Shown one piece after another: positions 40,859-51,580 of a stretch of 64,000 nucleotides of DNA (position 1 is the stretch's first letter; every line of letters begins with the position of its first letter). Source of the DNA: Gammaproteobacteria bacterium. GTDB taxonomy: Bacteria; Pseudomonadota; Gammaproteobacteria; Eutrophobiales; Eutrophobiaceae. The stretch is taken from positions 2,400,001 to 2,464,000 of the forward strand of contig OZ244905.1 of NCBI GenBank assembly GCA_965221695.1, given 5' to 3'. The notes beneath the pieces were generated by a model, which saw nothing but the letters and a program-made list of their open reading frames with translations, was not told the origin of the DNA and searched no databases. The translations under genes and the position numbers were made by a program.

Positions 40859-42874
40859 ATGTTTAAGAAAATATTGATCGCCAACCGCGGTGAAATCGCC
40901 TGCCGCATTATCCATACGGCAAAACGCTTGGGTGTCAGGACGGTCGCGGTCTATTCTGAAGCAGACGTCAATGCGCGCCATGTGAGTCTGGCCGATGAAA
41001 CTGTCGCCATCGGGCCAGCGCCTGCCCGGGACAGTTACCTGGTAGTGGAAAAACTGGTTGGCGCGGCTGAACGTACCGGCGCGCAAGCAATCCATCCGGG
41101 TTACGGTTTCCTCTCGGAAAATGCCGGTTTTGCCGAAGCCTGTGCTGGCGCCGGTATCACCTTCATCGGTCCGTCGCCCCGGGCAATCGACGCCATGGGT
41201 TCAAAAAGCGCGGCCAAAACCATCATGCAGCAAGCCGGTATTCCCCTTGTTCCCGGCTACCACGGCGATAACCAGGATGCGGCGTTGTTGCTCAGCGAAG
41301 CGGAACAAATCGGTTTTCCAATCATGCTCAAGGCATCGGCGGGTGGCGGTGGCAGAGGCATGCGGGTAGTCAACAGCGCTGCGGATTTCAGCGAAGCGCT
41401 GCGTTCGGCAAAGCGGGAATCGCTGGGCGCGTTCAATGACGACAGGATGCTGCTGGAAAAATACCTGGAACAACCCCGGCATATCGAGATACAGATCTTC
41501 TGCGACCAACAAGGCAACGCCGTACACCTGTTTGAACGGGACTGCTCGGTTCAGCGGCGTCACCAGAAACTGTTGGAAGAAGCCCCGGCGCCGGGCATGA
41601 TGGATGAAACGCGTAACGTAATGGGCGCAGCCGCAATCAAGGCCGCCCGCGCCATTGATTACACCGGCGCCGGCACGGTCGAATTCATCGTGGATAGTGG
41701 CGGCAAATTCTATTTCATGGAGATGAACACCCGCCTGCAGGTCGAACACCCGGTAACCGAATTGATCACCGGCCTGGACCTGGTCGAATGGCAGTTGCGG
41801 GTCGCCGCCGGTGAACCGCTGCCGGTGAACCAGGAACAACTTGCCATTAACGGTCATGCGTTGGAGGCGCGAATCTATGCTGAGGACCCGAAGAACGGTT
41901 TCCTGCCGTCCACCGGCAGCTTGAACTACCTGCGATTCCCGCCGGAATCACCCCAACTCCGTGTGGATACCGGTGTGCGCCAGGGAGACACTGTCTCGAT
42001 TCACTACGACTCGCTGTTGGCGAAGCTGATCGTGTTGGGCCAAGACCGCAGCGACTGTCTGCGGCGTATGTTGGAGGCGCTGAGCCGGACCCGGGTGGTC
42101 GGGGTGGCAACCAATGTGGATTTTCTCAACTCGATCATCTCACACCAGGCGTTCCAGTCCGCACAGTTCGACACCGGATTTATTGATCGCCACCATACCG
42201 AATTGATACCGGACAGGGCGCCAGTCAGCGCTGATATCCTTGCCCTGGCCGCGCTGTACCAGGCCTTGGCGCGTACCACCCGAGCCCGCGAAAAAGCGAA
42301 AACCTCAGACGACCCGACATCGCCTTGGTGGGTCAACGACAACTGGCGGCCCAACCTGGTTGAGGAACAGCGTTTCCATTTCCATGACGGCATTGAGGAG
42401 CATGAAGTGGGGGTCACCGACTCAGGCAACAGGCGTGAGCATTCGCAGCATAATTACCTTATCCGTGCCGGCGGGCAGGTCATGCAGGCATCCGGCTGGC
42501 TGGAGACGGACAACGGGTTGGTAGCCATTCTGGATACGACACGGCGACGCGTGGAAGTGATTGCAGATGATAAAGAGCTGACTGTTTTTGACTCCAACGC
42601 TACCTACCGTTTGCAGCCAATCCTCGATACCGATCATTCAACCGAAGAGGAAACAACCGGCAGCCTCATCGCTCCGATGCCAGGCACGATCATCGAAGTG
42701 ATGGCAAGCGTGGGACAACAGGTCAGCAAAGGTGACGCGTTGCTGATTCTGGAAGCCATGAAGATTGAGCACACAATTATTGCGCCACATGACGGCACAG
42801 TGCAGACCTTGCGCTACCTGGCGGGTGACAAGGTGGAGGAAGGAGTGGAATTATTGGCGCTGGTTGATATGTAA
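40859..42874 (+). CDS. liuD: Methylcrotonyl-CoA carboxylase alpha (biotin carboxylase + biotinyl domain)
   Basis: ANRGEIA, HPGYGFLSEN, EMNTRLQVEHP, EAMKIE biotinylation site. Confidence 0.93.
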   Translation: MFKKILIANRGEIACRIIHTAKRLGVRTVAVYSEADVNARHVSLADETVAIGPAPARDSYLVVEKLVGAAERTGAQAIHPGYGFLSENAGFAEACAGAGITFIGPSPRAIDAMGSKSAAKTIMQQAGIPLVPGYHGDNQDAALLLSEAEQIGFPIMLKASAGGGGRGMRVVNSAADFSEALRSAKRESLGAFNDDRMLLEKYLEQPRHIEIQIFCDQQGNAVHLFERDCSVQRRHQKLLEEAPAPGMMDETRNVMGAAAIKAARAIDYTGAGTVEFIVDSGGKFYFMEMNTRLQVEHPVTELITGLDLVEWQLRVAAGEPLPVNQEQLAINGHALEARIYAEDPKNGFLPSTGSLNYLRFPPESPQLRVDTGVRQGDTVSIHYDSLLAKLIVLGQDRSDCLRRMLEALSRTRVVGVATNVDFLNSIISHQAFQSAQFDTGFIDRHHTELIPDRAPVSADILALAALYQALARTTRAREKAKTSDDPTSPWWVNDNWRPNLVEEQRFHFHDGIEEHEVGVTDSGNRREHSQHNYLIRAGGQVMQASGWLETDNGLVAILDTTRRRVEVIADDKELTVFDSNATYRLQPILDTDHSTEEETTGSLIAPMPGTIIEVMASVGQQVSKGDALLILEAMKIEHTIIAPHDGTVQTLRYLAGDKVEEGVELLALVDM

Positions 42875-44113
42875 CTGATCATATCTCCCCAGAAACGCGA
42901 ACAGCACGGTGGCCAAGGCCAACAAGGCGAGGCTTGTTTGGAGTATGGGAATATAGTTGCCATGGATATCGAAGGATCTGCCCATGATATAAGGCCCGAG
43001 GCTGGTGCCGGTCATGTGGGCGATAAATACCCAGGAGAAGATTGTTCCAAAGTGACGCAATCCGAAATAGCGGCCGGTCAGGAATACCATGAGGTCACTC
43101 TCCGTGCCAATGCCAATTCCCATCAGGATCGCGGCAATAAAATAAAGTTCCGTGCTCCGACCGTAGATCAACAATCCGACACCGAATAATACACAGAGAA
43201 AAACGAGGAAGGCCACCCTGGGAGCAAATAGTTTGTCGATAATATAACCAATGGCGACACGGGCGATGGCCATGCTGATACCCATGGTGGAGACCACCAG
43301 TGCAGCCGTGGTCATGTCAATGCCTCTGTCGGTGAGCAAGGCTGCCAATTGGCTGAAGATGCCGTTCAGGGAAAAGGCAATACAGGCAATGATGATGATC
43401 ATGAGCCAGAACACGCGGGTGCGCAGCGCCTCGACCAGTGATAGATGCCTGCTGGAGTCGCTTGCCTGGTGATGTCCCGAAACGCTCGGCGCAGCGCCGT
43501 CCGGCAACATGCCCACATCTTCGGGTTTGTCGATGAGGAAAAAATACACGGTGGGGAATACCATAAACAGCAGGAACATGCCCAGGCTGAAATACCCCGC
43601 GCGCCATCCACCGATGCCCACAGCCCAGTTGCAGAGCATTGGCGCAAGGGTAAATCCCAGTCCAATGCCGGCTGAATTGATGCCTATGAACAGTCCGCGA
43701 CGCTTGTCGAACCAGTTGGAAATGACGCGCGCATAGCCAATGGTGTTGGTAGGCGCACCGAGCGTCGCAGCGAGAATCATCATGGTGTAAAACAGGGGCA
43801 GGGTGGCGACATACAGCGGTCCGGTGAGGATTATCAGGATGGACAAGGCAATGGATGCGCATACCACCCGTCTGGCTCCATAGCGGTCAATTAACCTGCC
43901 GCTTACCAGTACCCCCAGGGCAATGCCAAACGTGAGCCAGGTCAGGCCGAGGGAGATCTCGCCGCGGCTCCAGCCGAATTCAAGGGACAGGGGTTTGATG
44001 AGTACACCTGTTCCGGCAAACAGGATCGCTCCTGTATTGCCAATCATGCCTACGAGGCAGGCCAACGCGACGCTGGAGCCGAAGAAGAATTTGAATTTTG
44101 GTTCAGGTTGCAT
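42851..44113 (-). CDS. MFS transporter
   Basis: GRLIDRYGARR motif; 12 predicted TM segments; 3' ends overlap liuD by 24 nt. Confidence 0.9.
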   Translation of the reverse strand: MQPEPKFKFFFGSSVALACLVGMIGNTGAILFAGTGVLIKPLSLEFGWSRGEISLGLTWLTFGIALGVLVSGRLIDRYGARRVVCASIALSILIILTGPLYVATLPLFYTMMILAATLGAPTNTIGYARVISNWFDKRRGLFIGINSAGIGLGFTLAPMLCNWAVGIGGWRAGYFSLGMFLLFMVFPTVYFFLIDKPEDVGMLPDGAAPSVSGHHQASDSSRHLSLVEALRTRVFWLMIIIIACIAFSLNGIFSQLAALLTDRGIDMTTAALVVSTMGISMAIARVAIGYIIDKLFAPRVAFLVFLCVLFGVGLLIYGRSTELYFIAAILMGIGIGTESDLMVFLTGRYFGLRHFGTIFSWVFIAHMTGTSLGPYIMGRSFDIHGNYIPILQTSLALLALATVLFAFLGRYDQLHINQRQ

Positions 44114-44219
44114 TTAGGGAATAATTTTCTATTAGATTATTGCATTCGCAGGGATGACAGGACGGAGTTCCCGTAGGAATCACGGCAGGAGTCTCACAGG
44201 CTTGGCGGCAGCAGGCATA

Positions 44220-46487
44220 TCATGAGAGATTTTCCGGAGCGCTCCAACGGGTGATCTTCAGATCGTGCAACGGCGCCACGCCGCGTTCCTTTACATCCAG
44301 GGAGTGTTGCCGACCGCAGGCAGGACATAAATACCCGACCAGCTCTATGGTCTCATGCAGTCTGATACCCGGTGGCAGTTCATCCTCTTTCAGGCTGTGC
44401 AGGGCAGCATACTCCTTCCAATTGTCTACGGCGTCACAAAATACATGACCACACTCACATTCGAATTGCAACTGATCCTGTTCGTTGCGCGCCAGCGTTA
44501 AGCCGGCCCCGAAACGCGATAATTCAACGCCTGTCACGCGGCCAAGCTCGGCTTTTCGGGAAGGCTGGGCGGCGTTTGCCAGGCGTTCTCGGCGCATGCG
44601 GTCCCGACGTTGGCCGGTCTTTGCCTGGTTCTCGCCCGTTACCATGCCGTAGATTTCCAGCGCCCGCTGCGCCGAGATGTGCCCGCACGCCACATCAGTG
44701 GCCACCGCCTGCGGCGCGCGCTGCAACGGGTCGCCGTAACCGCCGCCACCTTGCCAGGTATACTGCACGATATCGCCCGGGTACAGTGGCAACTCGTCCT
44801 GCTTAGCTTCAAGCATCTGCATGCGGCCGCCCAGCGCATCCGCATCCATGGGCATGCGCACGTCATCCAGCTTTAATGGCAGTTCGCCTTGTGCGAATTT
44901 ATCGCTGACATTCGATTCATGGATGATCATGGCATTGCTGCAAACCCCGGGAAATCCGCCGAACTGGCCGTAGGAAATCGGCACCTCAACGCCGTGTGAG
45001 GTGAGGGAACAACGCAACCGCTTTACGCCGTGAGGAGTCCACGCGGTCCCGGCGGCGCGCCCGCCACGCTGCTCACCGTCTCCACCCGTGTCCGGGAAGA
45101 AGGAACGGTAGAGGAATAGCATGGGACTATGCATCTCATTGTATTCGATGTTGGGAATATGCGGCCTGGGTGAGACAAAGCAGCCGGTCTGGTCCAGGCC
45201 GTCGGCAAACGGGTTAGCGCCGCCGCCGCCAATCTGCGCATCAATTAGCTGGTTGCCGAAAGGCTCTCCATGCTGGTTGGTATCGCCGGTAAACAGCGCC
45301 GCCATCGTCCCATGCGTCACGCCCTGGGAATGTTTGCGGCTGTGTTCCGACAGCGCCAGTAGTTTCGATATGGCATGGGCGGTAGTCAGCGTAATCACCC
45401 AGCCCTGGCCGATAGTGGCCGCGCCAGTGGCCGCCGGCGCAACGGCGTTGCAAATCAAACCCTTGGGGGCGATGACCTCAATGCTGTTCAGAATCCCCTG
45501 GTTCCAGGGAATGCCAGAACCCAGTAGAGGAGCGACCCCGCCGAACACGGCGCCGACCAAGCATCCCTCGGTACAGTTTATGTACCCCGTAGCCTGCGGT
45601 GAAGAGTCGGACATGTCGATGGTCAACCTGTCAGCGTTCTTGACTATCTTGACATCGGTGCGATAAACCTTGTTCTCCCTGCCGTCATGGTCCAGGTAAC
45701 CACAGGTTCTGGTCTCGCCATCAGGCAGCGTCAGCAAATGTTCCCGGACCTTTCTCTCCGAATAACGGATTAACTCTTCCATCACGGTCAGGATTGTGTC
45801 TGCGCCGTACTGTTCCATGAGTTCGGCCAGGCGCTCCCGGGCCACCACGTTGGAGGCGATGAAACCGCTCAGGTCCAGCCCGACCATTTGTGGCTGGCGG
45901 GTCATGTTCATGATCATGCGCCAGACATCCTTGCGTAAGTTGCCTTTTTCGATGATGCGCATAGGCGGCATCATCAGCCCTTCCTGCTGTTTTTCTGTGG
46001 CTCGCACCGAAACGGATCCCACTGCCATGCCGCCCATATCCACCTGGTGCGCGGTTACTCCGGCCCAGGCGACCAGACGCCCCTCAAAGAACAGCGGCGC
46101 CATGATGCTTACGTCAGGATGGTGCACCGCGCCTTTATAGGGATCATTGACGATAAACATATCGCCATCGGCAAACTCCTCGTCGGCAAAATCCTCCATC
46201 ACGTGCCTGAGGATGACGGGCATGGCCCCGGAATGGAATACCACCTGGGGTCCCATGGATGCCAGCCTGCCGTCAGCAGTGAACAGGGCATTATTGAAAT
46301 CGCCAGCGCCGGCAACGATAGGGGAGACCGATACCGCTTTCAAGGCCAGGGCTTGCTCTTCGTTGATTGCGGCGAGTTTGTGCCGGATGATCTCAAAGGT
46401 GATCGGGTCTACAGAAAGCGGCTTGTTCAGCGCGTCCCAGTCGGCAACTGTCGGACCCAGCACATAATCGATTTTGTCAGTCATCAC
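44220..46487 (-). CDS. Hydantoinase B/oxoprolinase family with C-terminal acetone-carboxylase-gamma-like Zn domain
   Basis: NDPYKGAVHHPD, HQVDMGG, GGGGYGDP; C-terminal CECGH...YLCPACG. Confidence 0.85.
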   Translation of the reverse strand: MMTDKIDYVLGPTVADWDALNKPLSVDPITFEIIRHKLAAINEEQALALKAVSVSPIVAGAGDFNNALFTADGRLASMGPQVVFHSGAMPVILRHVMEDFADEEFADGDMFIVNDPYKGAVHHPDVSIMAPLFFEGRLVAWAGVTAHQVDMGGMAVGSVSVRATEKQQEGLMMPPMRIIEKGNLRKDVWRMIMNMTRQPQMVGLDLSGFIASNVVARERLAELMEQYGADTILTVMEELIRYSERKVREHLLTLPDGETRTCGYLDHDGRENKVYRTDVKIVKNADRLTIDMSDSSPQATGYINCTEGCLVGAVFGGVAPLLGSGIPWNQGILNSIEVIAPKGLICNAVAPAATGAATIGQGWVITLTTAHAISKLLALSEHSRKHSQGVTHGTMAALFTGDTNQHGEPFGNQLIDAQIGGGGANPFADGLDQTGCFVSPRPHIPNIEYNEMHSPMLFLYRSFFPDTGGDGEQRGGRAAGTAWTPHGVKRLRCSLTSHGVEVPISYGQFGGFPGVCSNAMIIHESNVSDKFAQGELPLKLDDVRMPMDADALGGRMQMLEAKQDELPLYPGDIVQYTWQGGGGYGDPLQRAPQAVATDVACGHISAQRALEIYGMVTGENQAKTGQRRDRMRRERLANAAQPSRKAELGRVTGVELSRFGAGLTLARNEQDQLQFECECGHVFCDAVDNWKEYAALHSLKEDELPPGIRLHETIELVGYLCPACGRQHSLDVKERGVAPLHDLKITRWSAPENLS

Positions 46488-48556
46488 GTTCTCCTGATGG
46501 AAATGCCCAGGAATTCATCCACCGCGCCGGACTGTCCGGAGTGGATAGCCACGGTGGTTGTGTCATATTCGATTATGGCCGGCCCTGCTATTCGATTGCC
46601 GTTTCGCAAAGCTTCTCCCCGGTATATGGGCGTATCTATGAAACCCTGTTCAACTATATCATAAACCGGACGCGCGCCCGTGCAGGCATGTCTCGCATCA
46701 GCTCCTGAACTGGGATATTGGACGCTGTCGGGACGGGGCAACAGCCCCACGGCTTCAACCACATAGGTAACGAACTCAAAGCCGGCTTTTTCCGGCAAGG
46801 CCTCAGCGCCATAGCGTTGTTTGTATGCATTCAGGAAGTTTTCCACCAGGCCCTCAATCGTGCCCGGAAACGGCACGGACAGGGACTTGGTCTGGCGGAT
46901 AAATCGCACTTCCACCACGCGCCGGAACCGGCGTCGCTCAGGGGGGACATTCTGCTGTTCGAGGGACTCATCGGCCCGGTCTTCCAGGCCTCTGAAAAAC
47001 TCTTCTATATCAGCAAGTTGCAGCGCGCCTTTCCCGTCCCTGTCGAAACGCCTCGGTTCGGTACGCCCGACACTTAGCCTGATGTCCGATGCGATGGCGC
47101 CCAGGGCGCAGAAAACGGACTGGCTGGCAGGGATCAACACCTCTTCAACCACGTCAAGAGCAAAGGCCGGTGCGTGGGTGGGGCCGGCTCCGCCAAAAGC
47201 ATATAGCACGAACTCGCGGGCATCGTGGCCTTGTTCGATGGTGACTGTCTTCAGTAGATCCGCCATGCGCGCATCCACGATCCGCTTGATGCCGGCAGCC
47301 GCCTCCTCTATAGACAATCCGAGCGGGTCGGCCACGAACACTTTCAACGCCTGCCGTGCCTTGGACATGTCCAGACTAAGTTTACCGCCCAGGAATCCGT
47401 CAGGATCGATGATGCCGAGCACAACGTCCGCGTCGGTGACGGTGGGACGATCTCCCCCCAAGCCGTAACAGGCAGGACCCGGTTCTGCCCCCGCGCTTTC
47501 GGGTCCGACAAAAATGTACCCGCCCGGCTCGACTCCTGCGATTGAACCGCCGCCAGCGCCGATGGCCCGAACATCCAACATAGGAAGCAGCAGATGGTAT
47601 TTGCCGGCAACGGTTTCACGGCGTTGTCCCGCATCGCCTGATGCGATAACGGCAACATCCGTGGAGGTGCCTCCCATGTCAAATGAAATAATGTTGTCAT
47701 GGCCGCACAGATTGCCCATGTACTTTGCGGCAGTGACACCACCGGATGGGCCGGAGAGCAATAACCGAACCGGAGAACGTCCCGCTTCCCCGGGTGTCAT
47801 TACGCCACCGCTGGAATCCAGCAGGAACAACCGGCTTTTGTCCAGCTTCCGGTCAAGCTGATCGGTATATTCCCGCACCAGAGGTCCAAGGTAGGCATTG
47901 ATGACAGCGGTTGCCGTGCGTTCATATTCACCCAATCGCGGCGCCAACTCATGGGAAGCCGTCAGGTATACGCCCGGTAACGCTTCTGTCAGGATTTCCA
48001 TTGTTCTCTGTTCATGAGCGGTATTCTTGAAAGACCAGAGATAAGACACGGCAATTGCTTCAATCCCGGATTTGTTTATGCTATCGATAGTATCGTAAAC
48101 GTCCTGCTCCGCCAGCGGCGCGATCACTTCGCCGCGGTAATCGATGCGTTCGCGGATGCCAAAGATAAGTGAGCGGGGAACTATCGGTTCAGGAACACGC
48201 CTGTTTGAGTAATCAGTCAGTTCCGAGGGACTGAGCCCGGCGGTCATGCCCATCATCCGTTGCATGATCATCGTGTCCTCGAAACCGCGCGTGGTTAACA
48301 GGGCCACTTTGGCGCCGCGCCGTTCGATGAAGGCATTGGTCGCGACGGTAGTGCCGTGGGCGATTCGGTCGATGCGGCCAAGCAGCGCCGCGAGATCGGT
48401 CTGTTCTTTTTCTGCCGCTGCTCTAAGAGCCTTTACCAAGCCTTGCTGTAACCGTCCCGGAGTCGTGGGTGATTTGGTCGTAGTTACTGAACCATCTTCT
48501 CCCATGACTACGACATCTGTAAAGGTGCCGCCGATATCAATTCCGATGGAACTCAC
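46484..48556 (-). CDS. Hydantoinase A/oxoprolinase family ATP-binding subunit
   Basis: IDIGGTFTD, HGTTVATNA, DMGGTSTD, GAGGGS, SAGAEPGPACY. Confidence 0.93.
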   Translation of the reverse strand: MSSIGIDIGGTFTDVVVMGEDGSVTTTKSPTTPGRLQQGLVKALRAAAEKEQTDLAALLGRIDRIAHGTTVATNAFIERRGAKVALLTTRGFEDTMIMQRMMGMTAGLSPSELTDYSNRRVPEPIVPRSLIFGIRERIDYRGEVIAPLAEQDVYDTIDSINKSGIEAIAVSYLWSFKNTAHEQRTMEILTEALPGVYLTASHELAPRLGEYERTATAVINAYLGPLVREYTDQLDRKLDKSRLFLLDSSGGVMTPGEAGRSPVRLLLSGPSGGVTAAKYMGNLCGHDNIISFDMGGTSTDVAVIASGDAGQRRETVAGKYHLLLPMLDVRAIGAGGGSIAGVEPGGYIFVGPESAGAEPGPACYGLGGDRPTVTDADVVLGIIDPDGFLGGKLSLDMSKARQALKVFVADPLGLSIEEAAAGIKRIVDARMADLLKTVTIEQGHDAREFVLYAFGGAGPTHAPAFALDVVEEVLIPASQSVFCALGAIASDIRLSVGRTEPRRFDRDGKGALQLADIEEFFRGLEDRADESLEQQNVPPERRRFRRVVEVRFIRQTKSLSVPFPGTIEGLVENFLNAYKQRYGAEALPEKAGFEFVTYVVEAVGLLPRPDSVQYPSSGADARHACTGARPVYDIVEQGFIDTPIYRGEALRNGNRIAGPAIIEYDTTTVAIHSGQSGAVDEFLGISIRRT

Positions 48557-48569
48557 AATGGCTCTCAGT

Positions 48570-50882
48570 TCACATTTGCGCCTCAGATCTCAGGCTCTGT
48601 GCTTCTACCACCGCCAGCGCGGACATATTGACGATGCCGTGCGCGGTCGATGCGTTTGTCAGGATATGGGCGGGCCGGGCTGCCCCCACTAGCATGGGTC
48701 CCACGGTCACGCCGCCGCCGAGCATCTTCAGCAGGTTATACGAGATATTGGCCGCATCGATATTCGGCAGGACCAGCGTATTGGCGCTGCCGCGCAGTTT
48801 GGAATTGGGAAAGACATTGGCGCGAATGGTTTCCGATATCGCGGCATCGGCGTGCATCTCCCCTTCCACGACCAATTGCGGTTCGCGTTCTTGCAGGATT
48901 TTTGCCGCGGCGCGCATTTTCTGGGAAGAAACGTTATCCCTGGTGCCGAAGTTGGAATGTGAAACCAGCGCGATGCGCGGCTTGATCCCGAAGCGCTGAA
49001 CGGCTTCCGCGGCCAGCAGGGTCATGGCCACGATGTCGTCCACTTCAGGCATGGGCACAACATGAGAATCACAGAGGAAAAACGTTCCTTCGGGAAGCAC
49101 CAACACGGTTACGGAGGATAAATCCCTGACATCCTCGCGTTTGCCGATGATGTCGCGCACATGGGTCAGGTGGTTGATAAATGGCCCTATCGTGCCGCAC
49201 AGCATCGCGTCCACATCCTCGTGCATCAGCAACAGGGCCGCCAGCGCCGTGGATTGAGTGCGCACGATGCGGCGCGCCTCGTCCGGTGAGATGCCTGCGC
49301 GTCCCTTGATGTCGTGATACAGCTCGGCCAGTTCCAGGCACCGCTGGTCTTCGACCGGGTTGATCACATCGAAGTCTTTGTCTTTGACCATCGCCAGTCC
49401 CAGTTCGCCGATGCGGTGGTTGATGACTTCCGTGCGCCCTACCAGTAACGGCCGCGCCAGGCCTTCATCGATCACCTGTTGTACGGCTTGCAGAACCCGA
49501 CGTTCTTCCCCTTCGGCGTAAGCGATGCGTTTCGGGTCGCGCGCCGCCTGGTCGAAGACGGGATTCATAATAGTGCCGGTCTGGAAGACAAACTGGATAA
49601 GGCGTTGGCGGTAGCTTTTGAAATCGGTGATGGGCCGGGTTGCCACGCCGGTGTCCATGGCCGCCTTGGCCACAGCCGGCGCCAGGCGCACGATCAGGCG
49701 CGGATCGAATGGTTTGGGAATGATGTAATCGGGCCCGAATATCAGGTCGCGGCCGCCATAGGCCCGGCTCACTACTTCCGAAGATTCGGCCATGGCCAGG
49801 TCGGCGATGGCCTTGACGCAGGCAATTTTCATCTCCTCGTTGATGCAGGTCGCGCCCGCATCCAGCGCGCCGCGAAACAGGTACGGGAAACAGAGGACGT
49901 TATTCACCTGGTTGGGAAGGTCAGAGCGGCCGGTTGCGATAATCGCGTCAGGCCGGACCGCGCGCGCCGTCTCCGGCGCGATTTCCGGAACGGGGTTCGC
50001 CAGGGCCATGATAATGGGCTTGTCTGCCATGCGCTTGAGCATAGCCGGTCTGAGCACGTCCCCCACAGACAAACCCAGGAATACGTCAGCATCGTCGATC
50101 GCGGCGCCCAGTGTTCTCGCTTTTGTGGTCCGGGCATAGCGGGACTTGTAGGGGTCCATCATTTTCCTTCTGCCCCGGTACACGACCCCGGCTATGTCGG
50201 TGACGATGACATTCTCTTTCTTGAGTCCCATTGCGACCAGCAGGTCCAGACAGGCCAGGGCCGCGGCCCCGGCTCCCGAGGTGACCAGTTTTATCTCCGT
50301 CAGTTCTTTGCCAACCAGCCGGAGTCCGTTACTGATGGCGGCGGCGACGATAATGGCTGTGCCGTGCTGATCATCGTGGATGACCGGGATGCTCAGACGT
50401 TCCTGCAATTTTCGTTCGACGACAAAACATTCAGGAGCCTTGATGTCTTCCAGGTTGATGGCGCCAAAGGTGGGTTCGAGACTGGCAATGATATCCACCA
50501 GTTTGTCCGGGTCGGTCTCATTCAGTTCCAGGTCGAATACATCGATGCCCGAGAATTTCTTGAACAGCACCGCCTTGCCTTCCATAACCGGTTTCGAGGC
50601 GAGCGGGCCGATAGAACCCAGGCCAAGCACGGCAGTGCCGTTGCTGATCACGCCCACCAGGTTGCCCTTGGTCGTAAGCGTGGACGCTTCCGACGGGTCG
50701 CTCACAATTTCTTCGCAGGCAGCGGCAACCCCAGGCGAATAAGCCAGGGCCAGATCATACTGGTTCGCCAGCGGCTTGGTCGCGTGGACCGTCAGTTTGC
50801 CGTGAGGCGGTCTCCGGTGATAGTTCAGCGCGGCATCGCGTACCTCACCGATTTTCTGCTGGATGGTTTTTGTTTTTTTCAT
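48570..50882 (-). CDS. maeB: NADP-dependent malic enzyme with phosphotransacetylase-like domain
   Basis: [33 protein letters not shown]; C-terminal PTA domain. Confidence 0.96.
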   Translation of the reverse strand: MKKTKTIQQKIGEVRDAALNYHRRPPHGKLTVHATKPLANQYDLALAYSPGVAAACEEIVSDPSEASTLTTKGNLVGVISNGTAVLGLGSIGPLASKPVMEGKAVLFKKFSGIDVFDLELNETDPDKLVDIIASLEPTFGAINLEDIKAPECFVVERKLQERLSIPVIHDDQHGTAIIVAAAISNGLRLVGKELTEIKLVTSGAGAAALACLDLLVAMGLKKENVIVTDIAGVVYRGRRKMMDPYKSRYARTTKARTLGAAIDDADVFLGLSVGDVLRPAMLKRMADKPIIMALANPVPEIAPETARAVRPDAIIATGRSDLPNQVNNVLCFPYLFRGALDAGATCINEEMKIACVKAIADLAMAESSEVVSRAYGGRDLIFGPDYIIPKPFDPRLIVRLAPAVAKAAMDTGVATRPITDFKSYRQRLIQFVFQTGTIMNPVFDQAARDPKRIAYAEGEERRVLQAVQQVIDEGLARPLLVGRTEVINHRIGELGLAMVKDKDFDVINPVEDQRCLELAELYHDIKGRAGISPDEARRIVRTQSTALAALLLMHEDVDAMLCGTIGPFINHLTHVRDIIGKREDVRDLSSVTVLVLPEGTFFLCDSHVVPMPEVDDIVAMTLLAAEAVQRFGIKPRIALVSHSNFGTRDNVSSQKMRAAAKILQEREPQLVVEGEMHADAAISETIRANVFPNSKLRGSANTLVLPNIDAANISYNLLKMLGGGVTVGPMLVGAARPAHILTNASTAHGIVNMSALAVVEAQSLRSEAQM

Positions 50883-50957
50883 GCTCGTTCAGGACTGGTC
50901 TGATCTTATGCTGGCTATGCTGGTACTTATCTTAGTCAAACATCCGAGGATTCATAT

Positions 50958-51578
50958 TTATATTGGAGTGGTCAACTGTTTCAGGAAGTCCCGGACATGG
51001 TTGAGGGCAGCATGGTCCAAATTCCAATAGCCTTTTTTTGCTGCGACACCAACTGACAATTCCGGATGTTCCCTGGTTGATAAAAAGGAGAACGCGAGGG
51101 ATTTATCAGGCCGCTTTATGGAGTTGCCGGTCCGTTTTTTGATACATCTGAAGAACTCATCAATACAGATATACTCAGGTTCCTCTGCAATCGTTCTGCA
51201 AAGCAATGTCTCAAGCATACCTTCTGCGTTGTCTCCCGGGAGGATCAGTACGCCCGGTCCCGGGCGATCAGAGAGAAACTTGCACGGTTTTTCAGGGGAC
51301 GGAAGATCGTTATTTTCTAATGCGGATTTGACGCTTTGAAATGCGGATAATGCATCTTTTTCAGCATCTCGAACAATACCTAATCGGGTAACGAGGGCAA
51401 AACGGGGCGATTGAATAAACGAGGCTAAGAATTTGCTTAAATCGTTGACACCACCGAAGTCATGAATCTGGATCCCGTCCAAGGAAAGATGCTGACAAAA
51501 ATGTTCAAAAAAATTTCTCTGGTCATTACCTTCTACAAGAAGTTGTGCGCGTTTTTCAATCTCTTTTCGTTTTCCCAT
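50958..51578 (-). CDS. DUF3226-like TOPRIM-fold protein
   Basis: LLVEGND, GIVRDAE, LPG...GMLETL, KGYWNLDH; directly downstream of the ABC-type ATPase. Confidence 0.75.
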   Translation of the reverse strand: MGKRKEIEKRAQLLVEGNDQRNFFEHFCQHLSLDGIQIHDFGGVNDLSKFLASFIQSPRFALVTRLGIVRDAEKDALSAFQSVKSALENNDLPSPEKPCKFLSDRPGPGVLILPGDNAEGMLETLLCRTIAEEPEYICIDEFFRCIKKRTGNSIKRPDKSLAFSFLSTREHPELSVGVAAKKGYWNLDHAALNHVRDFLKQLTTPI

Positions 51579-51580
51579 AT

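Noticed and set aside
44141-44220. CsrB/RsmY-like sRNA (five GGA motifs on the + strand)
   Set aside because: No terminator or clear promoter; on the minus strand it reads as degenerate GTCAT(T/C)CC dRS3-like repeat fragments.
49479-50903. 474-aa antisense ORF over maeB (and similar long shadows over the liu, Mo-hydroxylase and TonB genes)
   Set aside because: Opposite well-conserved genes, with no motifs.
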